From assembly GCF_009914755.1 (NCBI RefSeq), contig NC_060930.1: a stretch of DNA of 64,000 nt; one strand, given 5' to 3'. This DNA is from the human T2T-CHM13v2.0 reference genome, Homo sapiens. Under the pieces are notes generated by a model, which made no database searches, was not told where the DNA came from, and saw only the letters and a list, made by a program, of their open reading frames with translations. A program made the position numbers and the translations under genes. Shown piece after piece: positions 13,878 to 29,766 of the stretch (the stretch's first letter is position 1; each line of letters begins with the position of its first letter).

Positions 13878-14169
13878 TTTTTTTTTTTTTAAGATGGAGT
13901 CTCGCTCTGTCACCCAGGCTGGAGTGCAGTGGCGCAATCTTGGCTCACTGCAAGCTCCGCCTCCCGAGCTTCAAGCGATTCTCCTGCCTCAGCCTCCTGA
14001 GTAGCTGGGACTACAGGCACCAGCCACCACGCCCAGCTAATTTTTATATTTTTAGTAGAGAAAGGGTTTCACCACATTGGCCAGGCTGATCTCAAACTCC
14101 TGAACTTGTGGTCCACCCGCCTTGACCTCCCAAAGTGCTGGGATTACAGGTGTGAGCCACCGCAACCGC
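13878..14169 (-). mobile_element. AluS-type
   Basis: TSD AAGAAAACTTT. Confidence 0.92.
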
Positions 14170-16151
14170 CAAGAAAACTTTAAAGGTACAATCAAGGATG
14201 TTTCTAGTGCATGTCCTACCTGCCTACAATACAATCCTTACAAAACTGTAAAAGTGAGGCAAGGATGTGAACCAAAGGATTAAGGCCCCTTTAAGCACCA
14301 GTAAATGGATTTTTTTTTTTTTGGTATAAGGGATGAGAATTGAGTAGAGCTTCATTTTTAACCTAAGGATGTCCAATTGCTTCAGCACCATTTGTTGAGG
14401 CTATCCTCCCTCTGGTGAACTGCTTTTTCATCTTTGTCAAAAAGCTGTTGGGCATACTAGTGTGGGTATATTTTGGGGTTCTCTATTTTGTTTCAATGTT
14501 CTATCTCTCTGCCAATACCACAGAGTAGTGATTACTGTAGCTATGTAAGTCTTAAAATCAGGTAGAAAAATTCTTCCCACTTTATTCTTTTCCAAAATGG
14601 TTTGTTATTCTAGTTTTTTTGCCTTTCAATCTAGAATAACCCTGTCTCTGTCTAAAAAAGTTTGATAAGGAGTGTGTTAAACATGTATATTGATTTGGGG
14701 AGAATTGATATCCTTACTGTGCTGAGTCTTCCAATCATGAACACAATAAATCTCTCCATTTATTTAGATCTATGACTTTTTGCATCGCCATTGCTGTTTT
14801 CAGCATATGTGTCCTGTAAATGTTTATTAGATTTATATCTAAGTATTTCATTTTATTGGGCAATTGTAAATGGTAATGTATTTTTTAATTTTTGGTGCCT
14901 GTGTGTTCTTTGCTAGTATATAGAAACGCGATTGATTTCTGTATGTTTATTTTGTACCCTGCAACCTTGCTGAACTCATTTATGAATTCTGGGAGTTTTC
15001 TGTAAATTACTTATTATTCCCTATGTAGACAATCATGTCATCTTCAAATAAGGACAGTTTGATTTCTTCCTTTCCAACCTATATGTCTCTTATTTCCTTT
15101 TCTTGCTTTACTGCACTGTCTAGAACTTTCAGCACTTTGTCAAATAAGAGTGGTAACAGCAGACATCCTTGTCTTATTACCAAAATTAGGGAGAAAGCAT
15201 CACCACTGAGTGTAATATTAGCTCTAACTTTTCAAGAGAAGCTCTTTATCAAGTTAAAGAAATGCCCCCATTCCTATTTTTTTCTGAACTTAAAAAAAAT
15301 AATGAATGAGTGTTGAATTTTGTCAAATGCCTTTTCTGTACCAACTGATATGATCATGTGATTCTTCTTTACCCTCTTAATATGGTGGATTATACTGACT
15401 GATTTTTGTATACTGAACCAGGCTTGCATCCTAGATATAAACCTCACTTGGTTAAGGTGTATAATTCTTTCTATATATACTGTTGAATTCTGTTTACTAA
15501 CATTTTGTCAAGGGTTTTTACATTTATATTCATTGGAGATATTGGTCTGTAGTTTTCTTGTACTGTCTTCATTTGTTTTTGGTATCAGGGTAATATTAGC
15601 TTTATCAAATGAATTGGGAAGTGTTCTCCCGTCTTCAGTTTTCTGGAAGGGGTTGTGTATAATTGATGTTAATTCTTCTTTTACATTTGGCAGAATTCTC
15701 CAGTGAAATCACCTGGGTCTGGACAAATCTTCTTTGGAAGTTTGTTAATCATAAATTCAATTGCCTTAAGTTATAGGACTCATCATATTAGTTCATATTG
15801 GATGAGGAATTGGTCCAATTCAAGTTGTCAAATTTATGTATACAAAGTTGTTTTTAGTATTCCCTTATCTTTCTTATGTCAGAAAGGTCTGTAGTGTATC
15901 CCCTATTTCATTCCTGATATTGGTAGTTTGTGCTTCTTTGTTTTCATTGTCAGTCTTGCTACAGGTTTGTCTATTCTACTGGTCTTTTCAAAGAACCAGC
16001 TCTGTTTTACTGATTTTCTGTTCTTAATTTCATTAATTTCTGCTTCTCTAATTCCTTCCTTCTGCTTCCTTTGGGTTTACTTTGCTTTTCATTTTCTAGT
16101 TTCTTAGGAGGAAGCTTACGTTATTAATTTGAGACTTTTCCTCTTTTATAA

Positions 16152-16566
<415 letters not shown>

Positions 16567-16953
16567 TCAGCTCAAAATATTTTTAAAAAGTTCCCAAGAC
16601 TTCCTTTGTAATCCATGGATTATTTATTTAGAAGTGTGCTGTTTATTTTCCCAGTGCTTGAAGATGTTCTTATTATGTTTCTGCTACTGATTTCTAGTTT
16701 AATTCCACTGTTGCTGAAGAATACATCATTCCATTCTTTTAAATTTGCTGAAGTTGGCTTTAGGACCCAGGGCATGGTCTACTTTGGTATATTTTCTACA
16801 GACACTTGGAAAAAAAAAGGGGAATTCTGTTGTTGTTCGGTAGAACATTCTATAAATACTAATTAGATCTTATTTGTTGATGGTATTGCTGAGTTCTTCT
16901 GTTTCCTTGTTAATTTTCTGTCTAGTTCTATCAATTGTTGAAAGAGGAGCGTT

Positions 16954-17247
<294 letters not shown>

Positions 17248-17845
17248 GAGTAGTGTTGAGGTCTCCAACTATAATTTTAGATTTTTCTATTTCTCCTTTC
17301 AGTTATATCAGTTTTGCTTCATGTGTTCCCTAGCTCTGCTGTTTAGTAACATATATTTATGATTACTGTGTCATCTTGGTCAATCACAACTCTTTTATCA
17401 CTGTATAATGTACTTCTTATGTCTGGTAATTTTCTTTGCCCCAAAGTCTACTTTATCTGATATCAAGATAGCCACTCCTGCTTTCTTTTGATGAATATCT
17501 GCATGAATTATCTTTTCTACCCTTTTACTTTTACCTTGTCTCTATCATATTGGAAGTGAGTTTCATGTAGACAGCATACAGCTGGGGCATGTTTTTTAAT
17601 CCATTCTATCAATCATTGTCTCTTAATGTATTTGTATCTAATGTAAGTACTGAAATGTTAGGGCTTAAGTTGGCCATTTTATTCATGTTTGTTTTCTGTT
17701 TGTTCTTCCTTTTTTAATGTTTTCTGTCTTCTTTTTGCCTTTCTCTGGGTCACTGGAACTTTTTAAAATTCAATTTTCATTTATCTGTAGTGTTTTTGCA
17801 TGTATCTCTTTGTATAGCTTTTTAAATGGTGGCTCTAGGTGTTAC

Positions 17846-17959
17846 TATATATGTATATACATATGGCATATATATACATATACGCATACACATATATACA
17901 GACATACATGTATATATGTATATACATATACCCATGTATATGTATACACACACACACAT
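17846..17959. repeat. (TA/CA/TG)n alternating purine-pyrimidine tract
   Basis: Directly visible. Confidence 0.9.
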
Positions 17960-18921
17960 AACTTATCAGTCATTTGGTGACATCATTTTATTAGTTTGAA
18001 CAAGGTACAGAAACCTCACCTCTCTTTACATTCCTGTACCTTCTCCCGCTTATAATTATCTTAAATATTTCCACTGCTGGGTTGGGGTGGAATTTTAGGT
18101 TCCTCATGTGTCTCCATTGATATGGCAAGAGGGGAAAGCCTGGCAGGATGAAAGTCCTGGCTCCCTACCCAGCCTTCCCCCACATCACCTTGGCAGGGGA
18201 AGGCTGGGCAGCTCATTACATCTGGTTGGGTGAAAATCTAGGCTCCCCACTCAGCTTTTGCTGGCATGGGTGGGACTGAGGCCACAGTTTTCTCTATGGA
18301 GTTTAGTTGGAGTAGAGCAGTTATTGTCTAAAAGTTTTCTTTCTTGCCAGGAAATGCTGCCCATTTCCAGGTCCTGTGGCTAGAGAGCAGGCTTTCATTA
18401 GGCTTTTTTTTGGTCTGTGTCCATCAGCATTTCCAGGTTACTAGCTTCTTCAGCTTCAAGTCTGGGCAATATGAGGCAAAAAGAAAACTTAGGAAACTCA
18501 TTGCCTTGTTGTTCCTAGGGTCTCAAGGTCCCTAGCCAGTCTACCTTCTTCTCACCACCTTTCAGAGTCTTCCAATGTTTGTCTTATATATCATGTCCAG
18601 AGTTTTTAGTTGTACTTAGCAGGAGGAATAAGGAAAAGTATGTCTACTTCATCTTGTCAGAAGCAGAGTCTCTAAATGAATTTTATACAACTGCCTCCCA
18701 CAATGGGATATGAGTGTATTTGGTTACAATATGTCTATTTTCAGGATGAATCAAAACTGGTCAAAAAGCTACAACAATGATAAAAACGTTGTTTGACTTT
18801 GTGTTTTCTCCCTACAAAATCTCAAATTTGCTTCTAGTGATGAAGATACTTATTTCTCTAGAAGTATTACTAGAGAGCTTTGTAAGAGGTTACATCTTAA
18901 AGTTAAAATCTCCATTGCCTC

Positions 18922-19769
<848 letters not shown>

Positions 19770-21214
19770 CAGAAAGTCTTCTTAAGGCTCAACTAAACAT
19801 CCAGACTTATAAGACAACCATAGCCATAGGCCATACATGGTGCCAGTTTACTCAAAACGGTATCTGTTAGGAAAACACAGATTGCCAACAAAGAAGTATC
19901 AGGTGTTCCTCTTCAGTGGGAGTCCTTACAGGAGTCGACACAGATCAGGTACAGGGAGAAGATTCACACTGGATATGAATGAGAATCACCCTAGGGCAGA
20001 AGGCCCCATGTACCACAGGAGCCAGTATCTCTAGTAGCAACTCCATAGGCAGAACTTCTAGAATTTCCACAAGGGACAGTTATAAGAGTCACTACAATCA
20101 GGGAAGTCCAAAGCTATGGCTTCCTTTCAAGTATTTACAATTCTCCCTCTCCAGATGCAATTTACCAATTGGGTTATTTTTACCATAAGCAACAAACACA
20201 ATTTTTCATTGTTTTCTGGGAAACTAGGGAGTTAACGAAAAGTCAAATTTTCATAAAAGGGGAAAGGGTTTGTTAACTCTTTATTACTAGGTGTCACATC
20301 TCCCACAAAACAAAAGTGAACAAAGTGGTTTTCACCAGACTTTTAAAAATGAGCTTTTCAACTGCCTTCAGTGTATCTTGAGGAAAGCAAGAAGTCCTCA
20401 CTACTTCCTGCCTAGACAATTATCTCTTTGCTTTTCATAGGCTTATCTACATGCAATTTGGAGTGATCTTTCCATAAAGAAAACCCTGTCATGTCATTTT
20501 TGGCTTAAAAATCAATACTTCAGTGGTTCCTCAACACATTTGAGAGACAGTCCCAAAAGCAACCACATATGTAGCTGCATACTTCTCTAACACCAACGGT
20601 TATCACCACTCCCCTAAACCGGTCATCTCAAACATTTTCTATTTCATACCCTTATCACTTAAATAGCAACCATTACAGGGTGAGAAAAACAAATGAATAT
20701 AATGGGAATTCTCATCTTTTCTTTGAGTACCCTAATGATTGTTTTGGTCACCCTTCCCTCAAGTCCCACTGCTTATAACTTCATTCACTGTGTTACCCGT
20801 AGGTCCCTGCCTCAGTTCTCTGATGTCATTATGCCTTTATATATATTATGATTCTCTATGCCTTGAATAGTCAGCCATTTATCTGGCCATTGTCCTTCTT
20901 CCTTCCTCCTTTCCATTCCCTATTCTCCTTTCTACTGCATTCAATTCCACCAATCTACCTGATTGGAGAGGGACCCCATCATATATATATATATTCATAT
21001 ATTTATAGATATATTTATATATTAATATATATTAATTTTTTATATTTTTATATATTCATATATTTATATATGGAACGATGTGAAAATGGACATTGGCAGT
21101 GGTGGTAGAAATAATGGCAACACTGAGGACATTGTCTACTGTATTAGTGGAGACAGATACAGATAGTAAAAAAGAAAAGATCTCCAGATCACTACTTGGA
21201 AGGAGAACCTGACC

Positions 21215-21262
21215 TTTTTTTTTTTTTTTTTTTTTGAGACGGAGTCTCTCTCTGTTGCCAGG
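21215..21262 (-). mobile_element. Extremely 5'-truncated Alu stub
   Basis: T21 plus about 26 bp of Alu 3' end, with an 18-bp TSD. Confidence 0.85.
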
Positions 21263-21709
21263 AGAATCTGACCTTTTAAAGAAAGTTAGCCCAGAGAGAT
21301 TGCCCAAAATGTGACATAGCCATACATTCTCTGGACTTCCTTTATAATGAAGATGCAAATGATCAAAAAACAAGTCGACTTTGTGCCATTGCTGCTGTCT
21401 TCTTTACAAACGAGACCCTCATATCACTTATCTCACCTTCTGGAAGAGCTTTTTAAGTGGCCTAATCACCTCCAGACTTGGATCCCTCCAATCTACTTTA
21501 TAGAATACTTCAAAACCCTGACTCATTCCCCACTATGTATATAAAATCTAACTTCCTTAGATGTGACACTCAAAGCTGTCTCCACAATCTGGCCCCAACC
21601 TACCATGTTAGCCTCTTCCACCACTGCTTAGATAACCTGAACTGCAACCAATAACATTTAACTAACTCTCCAGTACCTGCCCTGCATTGCAATTCTACCA
21701 TCCTAAAAC

Positions 21710-22776
21710 TGTTGTGGGAAGTCAGGGACCCCGAATGGAGGGACCAGCTGGAGCTGTGGCAGAGGAACATAAATTGTGAAGATTTCATTTTAATATGGAC
21801 ATTTATCAGTTCCCAAATAATACTTTTATAATTTCTTATGCCTGTCTTTAATCTCTTAATCCTGTTATCTTCGTAAGCTGAGGATGTACATCACCTCAGG
21901 ACCACTGCGATAATTGTGTTAACTGTACAAATTGATTGTAAAACTGTGTTTGAACAATATGAAATCGGCGCACCTTGAAAAACAACAGAAAAACAGCGAT
22001 TTTAGGGAACAAGGGAAGACAACCATAAGGTCTGACTGCCTGAGGGGTCGGACAAAAAGAGCCATATTTTTCTTCTTGCAGAGAGCCTATAAACGGACGT
22101 GCAAGTAGGAGAGATATTGCTAAATTATTTTCCTAGCAAGGAATATTAATATTAATACCCTGGGAAAGGAACGCATTCCTGGGGGGAGGTCTATAAACGC
22201 CCGCTCTGGGAATGTCTGTCTTATGAGGTTGAGATAAGGACTGAGATACGCCCTCGTCTCCTGCAGTACCCTCAGGCTTACTAGGGTGGGGAAAAAACTT
22301 CACCCTAGTAAATTTGTGGTCAGACCGCTTCTCTGCTCTCGAACCCTGTTTTCTGTTGTTTAAGATGTTTATCAAGACAATACGTGCACTGCTGAACATA
22401 GACCCTTATCAGTAGTTCTGCTTTTGCCCTTTGCCTTGTGATCTTTGTTGGACCCTTATCAGTAGTTCTGCTTTTGCCCTTTGCCTTGTGATCTTTGTTA
22501 GACCCTTATTAGTAGTTCTGCTTTTTGCCCTTTGAAGCATGTGATCTTTGTACCTACTCCCTGTTCTTACACCCCCTCCCCTTTTGAAACCCTTAATAAA
22601 AACTTGCTGGTCTAAGACTCAGGTGGGCATCACGGTCCTACTGATATGTGATGTCACCCCCCGGCAGCCCAGCTGTAAAATTCCTCTCTTTGTACTCTTT
22701 ATTTCTCAGCTGGCCAATACTTATGGAAAATAGAAAGAACCTACGTTGAAATATTGGGGTGGGTTCCCCCCGTATC
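21710..22776 (+). mobile_element. Solo ERVK LTR, MER11 family (probably MER11C)
   Basis: Starts TGTTGTGGGAAGTCAGGGACCCCG, ends GGGTTCCCCCCGTA; about 1.07 kb; internal 50-bp tandem repeat; AAAAC on both flanks. Confidence 0.88.
22401..22550 (+). repeat. 50-bp tandem repeat x3 inside the MER11 LTR
   Basis: GACCCTTATCAGTAGTTCTGCTTTTGCCCTTTGCCTTGTGATCTTTGTT(G/A) at 22401 and 22451, degenerate third copy at 22501. Confidence 0.95.
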
Positions 22777-23341
22777 AAAACACATTTTTGCTAAGATGTT
22801 TCCTTCATCAGAATGCCTTCCCATGTACTCTGCTGGAATCCTACCCAATCTATCAAGGCATAGGCCCATCACCACCATCTTTTTGATGTGTGCCCTGATC
22901 CCCACAGCTGAAATACAACCTTGAATTGTATCACTCTTCATAGTTTAGAGAACATAATACATGTCATTTTATCCTCATAGCAGCTCTCTGAGATATCTTT
23001 ATGCTCCTTCTACAAACTGAGCCCAAGTGCCCTGGCAAGGTCACTGCAGCCAACAACAGAAGTGGGGATTCAAATGCAGGTCTTCAGGCTCCAAATACCC
23101 TGTGCATACCCCATTCCACTAATGCTACCTTTAAAAACCTCTACCTCCCAGGGTGCTCTCAGGGTGATTTATATTTCAATAGCACACTAACCCCAGGTCC
23201 ATTGTATATTAGAGTTGATATAAGTTGGTGAAGGGAGGGAACCTCATCTTGTTTATCCCAGTGTCCCCAAAGTACTTACCATCTTCTTTACATATAGCAT
23301 AAATGTATCAAGTGATCAAACTGAATTTAATTCATTGAGGG

Positions 23342-23637
<296 letters not shown>

Positions 23638-24479
23638 GTTCATTGAGGTTTTTTATTTTCCTTTATGGCAAATTCCAAAATTACTGCTGGAGTCAGCACC
23701 CCAGAAGCAGAACAGGGTGGAGGTTGGAAGTGTGGGGTCCTCCCTGGGCAAATCACTCAACACCTCTATGTGCCTGAGTGTCCTTATTTGTAAAATGAAG
23801 ATCATAATTATGCCTTCTTCATAGGGTTGTTGTTAGGATTAAATTAAACAATGTACTTAAAATACCAAGCCAGGGCCTGGCACACTCAATATATACCAGC
23901 TATTATTATGTATTCCATTTTATGTCTCCACGTGGTATTCCCATGGCCAAAAATTACTGATCTCAAAATTAATTACTCCAAATCATCAAGAGAAATTTAG
24001 ATACTGTGGAATGTAAATTAAGCTGCAAGGACATTTACTTAGTATATTTTATAAAGATATCCCTGGAATCCTTTTTATTTGAAAACCCCATTACATAAAA
24101 CCCCTAGTTATCTGGGAAAATACTTTACACTGAGTGACTCAATTTACATTATATGAAAAAACCAGGTATTAATATTAAGGGATATACAAGTGAGATGGGC
24201 ATGACAGAATTTTTTTACCTTCCCCCTTAATTTTGCAATGACTAACATTTTTCCTAAGCCAAGTACCAGGTGCTAGTCAAAAGTTTTAGCAATGAGATGT
24301 GTCTGACTCTTTGCCCTGAAGGTAAAGAACAAGCAGGGACCAGAGTCATGGACCACTTATCTACCCCTTTTAAAGGTCTGCACGAAGCACATATTCAATC
24401 TTCAAGGAATTTACAAATGATGTAGTCAAATAAATAAATACAAAGGTGTTTACAGACACTGATGACTTCACTGGAATAA

Positions 24480-24797
<318 letters not shown>

Positions 24798-25542
24798 AAC
24801 TGTGTCTGATCTTAACAAGGCAACCGAAACACCACACCTGAGTGAGTTACACTGATTCTTACTCAGTAAAGACATGTTCGGTAAGTGAAAGCCTTTGTAT
24901 GCAACAGGTCATTTCTCTTACTGGGTCATTACTGTAAAACGAGAGGGTAAGAGAAGGAATTTCTAAGATTCCTTTCAGATCCAAACTCTATGATTCTGTA
25001 ATCTCTCCTGGGCCCCACGAAGATGAGGAAGGCAAGAAGGGCTGTTGTGACCCACAGCAAAGGCCAAGCAAGCAAAAGTGAAATTCTGGGCGCGGTTAAA
25101 CTTAGAGCGATCAAATTAGTTTGCAGGAGTTAAGACTGCAGTCAGGGTGGTAAGGAAAAACGAGGCTGGGCAGGACTGGTACAGGACAGGCATCTTTGAA
25201 CCTATTTCTGGGAGTTCTGAAACTACTGTTCTCGTGGGCCTTGGCGACTGATTTGGGAAAGCTGACCCTGGGTTGGCCTGGCTTCCAGCCACCGTCGCAA
25301 CATAAACAAGCCAATTCAAAACAGGGTCGCAGTCTTTGAAACTAGCTGAGGCAACAGATCCCCTCCACACTTCGCGGGCCCCACGATCGCCCCATCAAAC
25401 ACCATTATCCCTCTTCCCATCACACTCCCGTCCGCCCGAGGCCGGCGGACCTGCAGCGGCGGCGGGATGGGGTTGGATAGAATGCGGCCCGGTCCCGGCC
25501 CAGCGGAGCTGGGGGAGCCGTTCCCTTCGGTCCTGTGCCCAC

Positions 25543-25626
25543 CTTGGTACTGGGGTCCGCGTCGGAGCAGCAACTGAGGGCGGCCTCGTCCGTGAGGCCG
25601 CCGGACGGGGGCTGCGGTTCTGCCAT
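25543..25626 (-). CDS. GLO1: Glyoxalase I (lactoylglutathione lyase) exon 1 coding part, aa 1-28
   Basis: Translates to [28 protein letters not shown]; Kozak GCCATGG; GT donor at 25542-25541; 84 nt. Confidence 0.98.
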
Positions 25627-25713
25627 GGCTGCACTGCAGTATCACAGACGACGGGACCCAAGGAACGGAGGAGTCACCCACACTACGCCTCGGCCCTGTG
25701 CCGCCTTAACTAG
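25627..25713 (-). other. GLO1: GLO1 5' UTR (TSS approximate)
   Basis: ATG-free leader directly upstream of the start codon inside the CpG island; 5' end inferred. Confidence 0.7.
25636..25645 (-). promoter_or_regulatory. Antioxidant response element in GLO1 5' UTR (GTGATACTGC, -19..-10)
   Basis: Fits RTGAnnnnGC; position matches, from memory, the reported NRF2-responsive ARE in GLO1 exon 1. Confidence 0.7.
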
Positions 25714-25805
25714 GAATGGCGCGATGGCGCCGCGGGCGGGAGACCGCTGACTTCCAGCCAATCGCTGCGCGGAGAGCAAGTTGACTCTCTGCTGATTGGG
25801 TCCCA

Positions 25806-25815
25806 GTGAGTCAGC
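25806..25815 (+). promoter_or_regulatory. AP-1/MARE-type element GTGAGTCAGC
   Basis: Perfect TGAGTCA core followed by GC. Confidence 0.6.
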
Positions 25816-25842
25816 GCCTCCACCCACAGGACTATGCCTCAG

Positions 25843-25867
25843 ACTACAACTCCCAAGGAGCCTTGCG
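25843..25867 (+). promoter_or_regulatory. ZNF143/THAP11 (SBS/GFY) motif
   Basis: ACTACAACTCCCA fits ACTACAnnTCCCA and is followed by AGGAGCCTTGCG. Confidence 0.7.
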
Positions 25868-26226
25868 CATAAAGGAGGCAAACTCATACAAAAAAAAAAA
25901 AAATGCAGGCTGGGCAGAGTGGTTTCTCTGTTACTTAATGAGCTAATTTTGTTTGTTTAACTAAAGTTTGGTAACCATTCATACCTCAGGGCTGCAATTT
26001 GGTAGAAAATTGGAATCTGATGGAAACTGAAAACTGTAAGTTGTTCTTTTAAAATTGTAAGGATTCAGAGGTTTCTCAGTTTACGCAGCGCAGAGTAATT
26101 AAAACAATTGTTGAGTCGAAAACCTATGTTCAAGTCTTGGTTCCGCTATATATTAGCGCTAGAAACTTGCAATAATTACTGACCCTCTCTGAGCTTCCTA
26201 ACAGGATTTGTTGAGAATTAAATAAG

Positions 26227-26577
26227 TTTTCTTTTCCTTTTTCTTTTTTCTTTTCTTTCTTTCTTTCTTTTTTTTTTTTTTTTAATTTTTTTAACAGTGT
26301 CTCGCTCTGTCGCCCAGGCTGGAGTGCAGTGGTGTGCTCTCAGCTTACTGCAGTCACTGCTGCCTCGACTTCCGGGGCTCTAGCTGTCCTCTGGCCTCAG
26401 CCTCCCGATTAGCTGAGACTACAGGCTGCAAAACCAAGACCAGTTAATTTTTGTATTTTTTTGAGATGGGGGTTTCACCATGTTGCCCAGGCTGGTCTCA
26501 ACTCCTGGGCTGAAGTGACCCTCCCGCCTCAGCCTCCCAAAGTGCTGGGATTACAGGTGTAGCCACTGTGCCCAGCC
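26227..26577 (-). mobile_element. AluJ-type with long T-rich tail
   Basis: Antisense Alu. Confidence 0.88.
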
Positions 26578-27386
26578 TAAATGAGATTTAAGTCATGGTT
26601 TGCCTACTTAGGTTCCAAATGTCCATAACTTGCAGTACTTTTTACATTAATATATATTTTGTGTTCACTGGAAGGCTTAGTCATCACTGTGTCTTCAATG
26701 ATTGGCTCATAATAGTAGATGCTCATTAAATACTTCCTGTTGTTAAAAGAATAAATGGGAATGACTGGTGCTCACCTAACCAAAATGAGGTTGGGCAGGG
26801 ATGTATATGGCACTAGCCACCTGGCCACCACCAAGATGTCCCCGTCTCTCATCTCAGCTTTTTTCTGCATCTCAGCTTCAGTTTGTCAGACACCAGCTCC
26901 ATAAGACTAGAAATTTGGCAGCTGTTCTCTCACTAGGAGTGGGAGTAAACTCTCCCTCTGGATTTTATCCAGCCAGCCTGGATTTTATCAAATTGGAAAA
27001 TCCAAGAAGGAGCTGTGATTGGCCTGGCCTAGGACCTGTGCTTACTCCTGTGATTGAAGCACTGCGATTGGCAACCTGGATTAGGACCACCTGATTGGAG
27101 TTTGGGGAGGATCTGTTAGTTCCCTAAAAGAAGAGCGATGATGTTCTTATGAGAAGGGAGGATTGCCAGGCAAACTGAACCATGGATGTCCACTGCAAAA
27201 TGATAGGCAGGATAAGGATTTCAGCAGAAATGTTGTGCATACCTCATACTAACTTACTGAGGATATTTCATCAAAACACAGTCTATTAGAACTGCAGGAC
27301 TTCTATATGGAACTAGACCTTAAACCTTTTAAACTCGGGAATTGGAGCAATACACAAACTCTCCATATACTGTGTGTTACCACTGA

Positions 27387-27763
<377 letters not shown>

Positions 27764-27867
27764 TAAAGCATGTAAATGAATAGGAAGACTCAATATCATA
27801 AAATATCAATTCATTTACTAATTAATCTGTTCATGTAATGAAATTCCAATAAAAATCCCAACAGAGT

Positions 27868-27868
27868 C

Positions 27869-27940
<72 letters not shown>

Positions 27941-28004
27941 TTTCTTTATTTGTTTCTTTCTTTATTTCTTTCTTTCTTTCTTTTCTTTCTTCTTTCTTTC
28001 TTTC
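27868..28004. repeat. (TTTC)n microsatellite
   Basis: Directly visible. Confidence 0.97.
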
Positions 28005-28299
28005 AAGATAGGGTCTCACTCTGTTGCCCAGTGTGGAGTGCAGTGGTGCTGTCTCAGCTCACTGCAGCCTCAACCTCTCAGGCTCCAGCAATCCACCCAC
28101 CCACCCACCTCAGCCTCACAAATAGCTAAGACTATAGGCATGCACCACCAAAACCAGATAATTTATTTTATTTTAGTTTTTGTAGAGACAGCATCTCACT
28201 ATGTTGCCCAGGCTGGTCTTGAACTCCTGAGCTCAAGTGATCCTCGCACTTTGGCCTCCCCAAAGTGTGATTACAGGTATGAACCACTGTGCCTGGCCC
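28004..28299 (-). mobile_element. AluJ-type
   Basis: Antisense; tail expanded to (TTTC)n. Confidence 0.88.
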
Positions 28300-28505
28300 A
28301 GGGGTTTTCAATTAAAATGAACAAGCAGATTCTACATTCTATTTTTAGGGCCCCAAATAGGAAAGATATACTGAATAATAATTAAGTAGGGGAACATTCT
28401 CTACCGGATAACAAGACTTTGTACAAGCTACAGTAATTAAGACAGGATGAAAAAAAAAAAAAGACAGTATGGTAGGGAGGCTGGCATAGATCAACAAATG
28501 GAAAC

Positions 28506-29068
28506 TGTAGTAGACCACTCTAAGATAACCCCAATGATCCCCACCTCCGGGTCTTCACAGTCTTGTCTGCTTCCCTAACCTTGAGTATGGGCTGGATTTG
28601 GTGGCTCACTTCTGATACAAAGAGCATGATAGACATGATAAAGTGTCACTTCATGTCATTTCTGAGATTAGAGAATGAAATGTTGTGATTCTTATCTTGG
28701 GAGCTCTGTCACTTTCTTTGATCTCTCACTTGGAGGGTAAGCAAGTTGTCACGTTGTGAGCAACTCTAAGGAGAGATGCATGTGGCAAGGAACCAATGTC
28801 TCTGGTCAACAGCCAGTGAAGGCCAGACACCTGCCATCAGCTACACAGTAAAATTGCAAGTGGGTCCTTTTTCAGTAGAGCTTCAAAATGACTGCTGCTT
28901 TGGCCAACCTCTTAGTCACTGTCTTGTGAGAGACCCTGATCCAGAACTACCTAGCTGGACCATTCCCAGATTCTTAAACCACAGAAACTGTGAGATAATA
29001 AATGTTTATTGTTTTCAGCTGCTAAGTTTTGGAATAAGTTGTTGTGCATTAATAGGCAACCAATATAC
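28506..29068 (+). mobile_element. MaLR MLT1F-like LTR
   Basis: CCCCAATGATCCCCACCTCC start and ACAGAAACTGTGAGATAATAAATGTT end. Confidence 0.7.
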
Positions 29069-29346
29069 ACACATACCATGTTTGTGTCTCTGTGTGTGTG
29101 TATATATATATAAATTTGGTATGTGTTATCTTACTGCTAGTGGGGAAAAGATTATTTTTTCAATGAATGGGGTAAGGACAATTGATTATGTATGTGATAA
29201 AAAAAGATCTCTATTTCATACCATAAAGGAAAACGTAAATCCAAGAGGATTATAGACATAAATGTGAAAAGGCAAAACTTAAAACCTTGAAGAATAAAAT
29301 ATTAGAAAATGCCTTTGTGAATTCATGGTAGAAATTTCTTAATGAA

Positions 29347-29766
<420 letters not shown>

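Larger units (their letters stand above)
25270..25870. promoter_or_regulatory. GLO1: GLO1 CpG-island promoter
   Basis: High GC and CpG density; tandem ATGGCG (YY1-like) at 25716-25729, GGCGGGA at 25735-25741, CCAAT at 25758-25762, ATTGG at 25795-25799; no obvious TATA box. Confidence 0.9.

Noticed and set aside
22401-22550. CRISPR-like regularly spaced repeats
   Set aside because: Head-to-tail units without unique spacers, inside a MER11 LTR in a eukaryotic intron
25316-25887. Several ORFs over the GLO1 promoter
   Set aside because: GC-rich CpG-island artefacts; only the first 28 codons of 25420..25626 are GLO1
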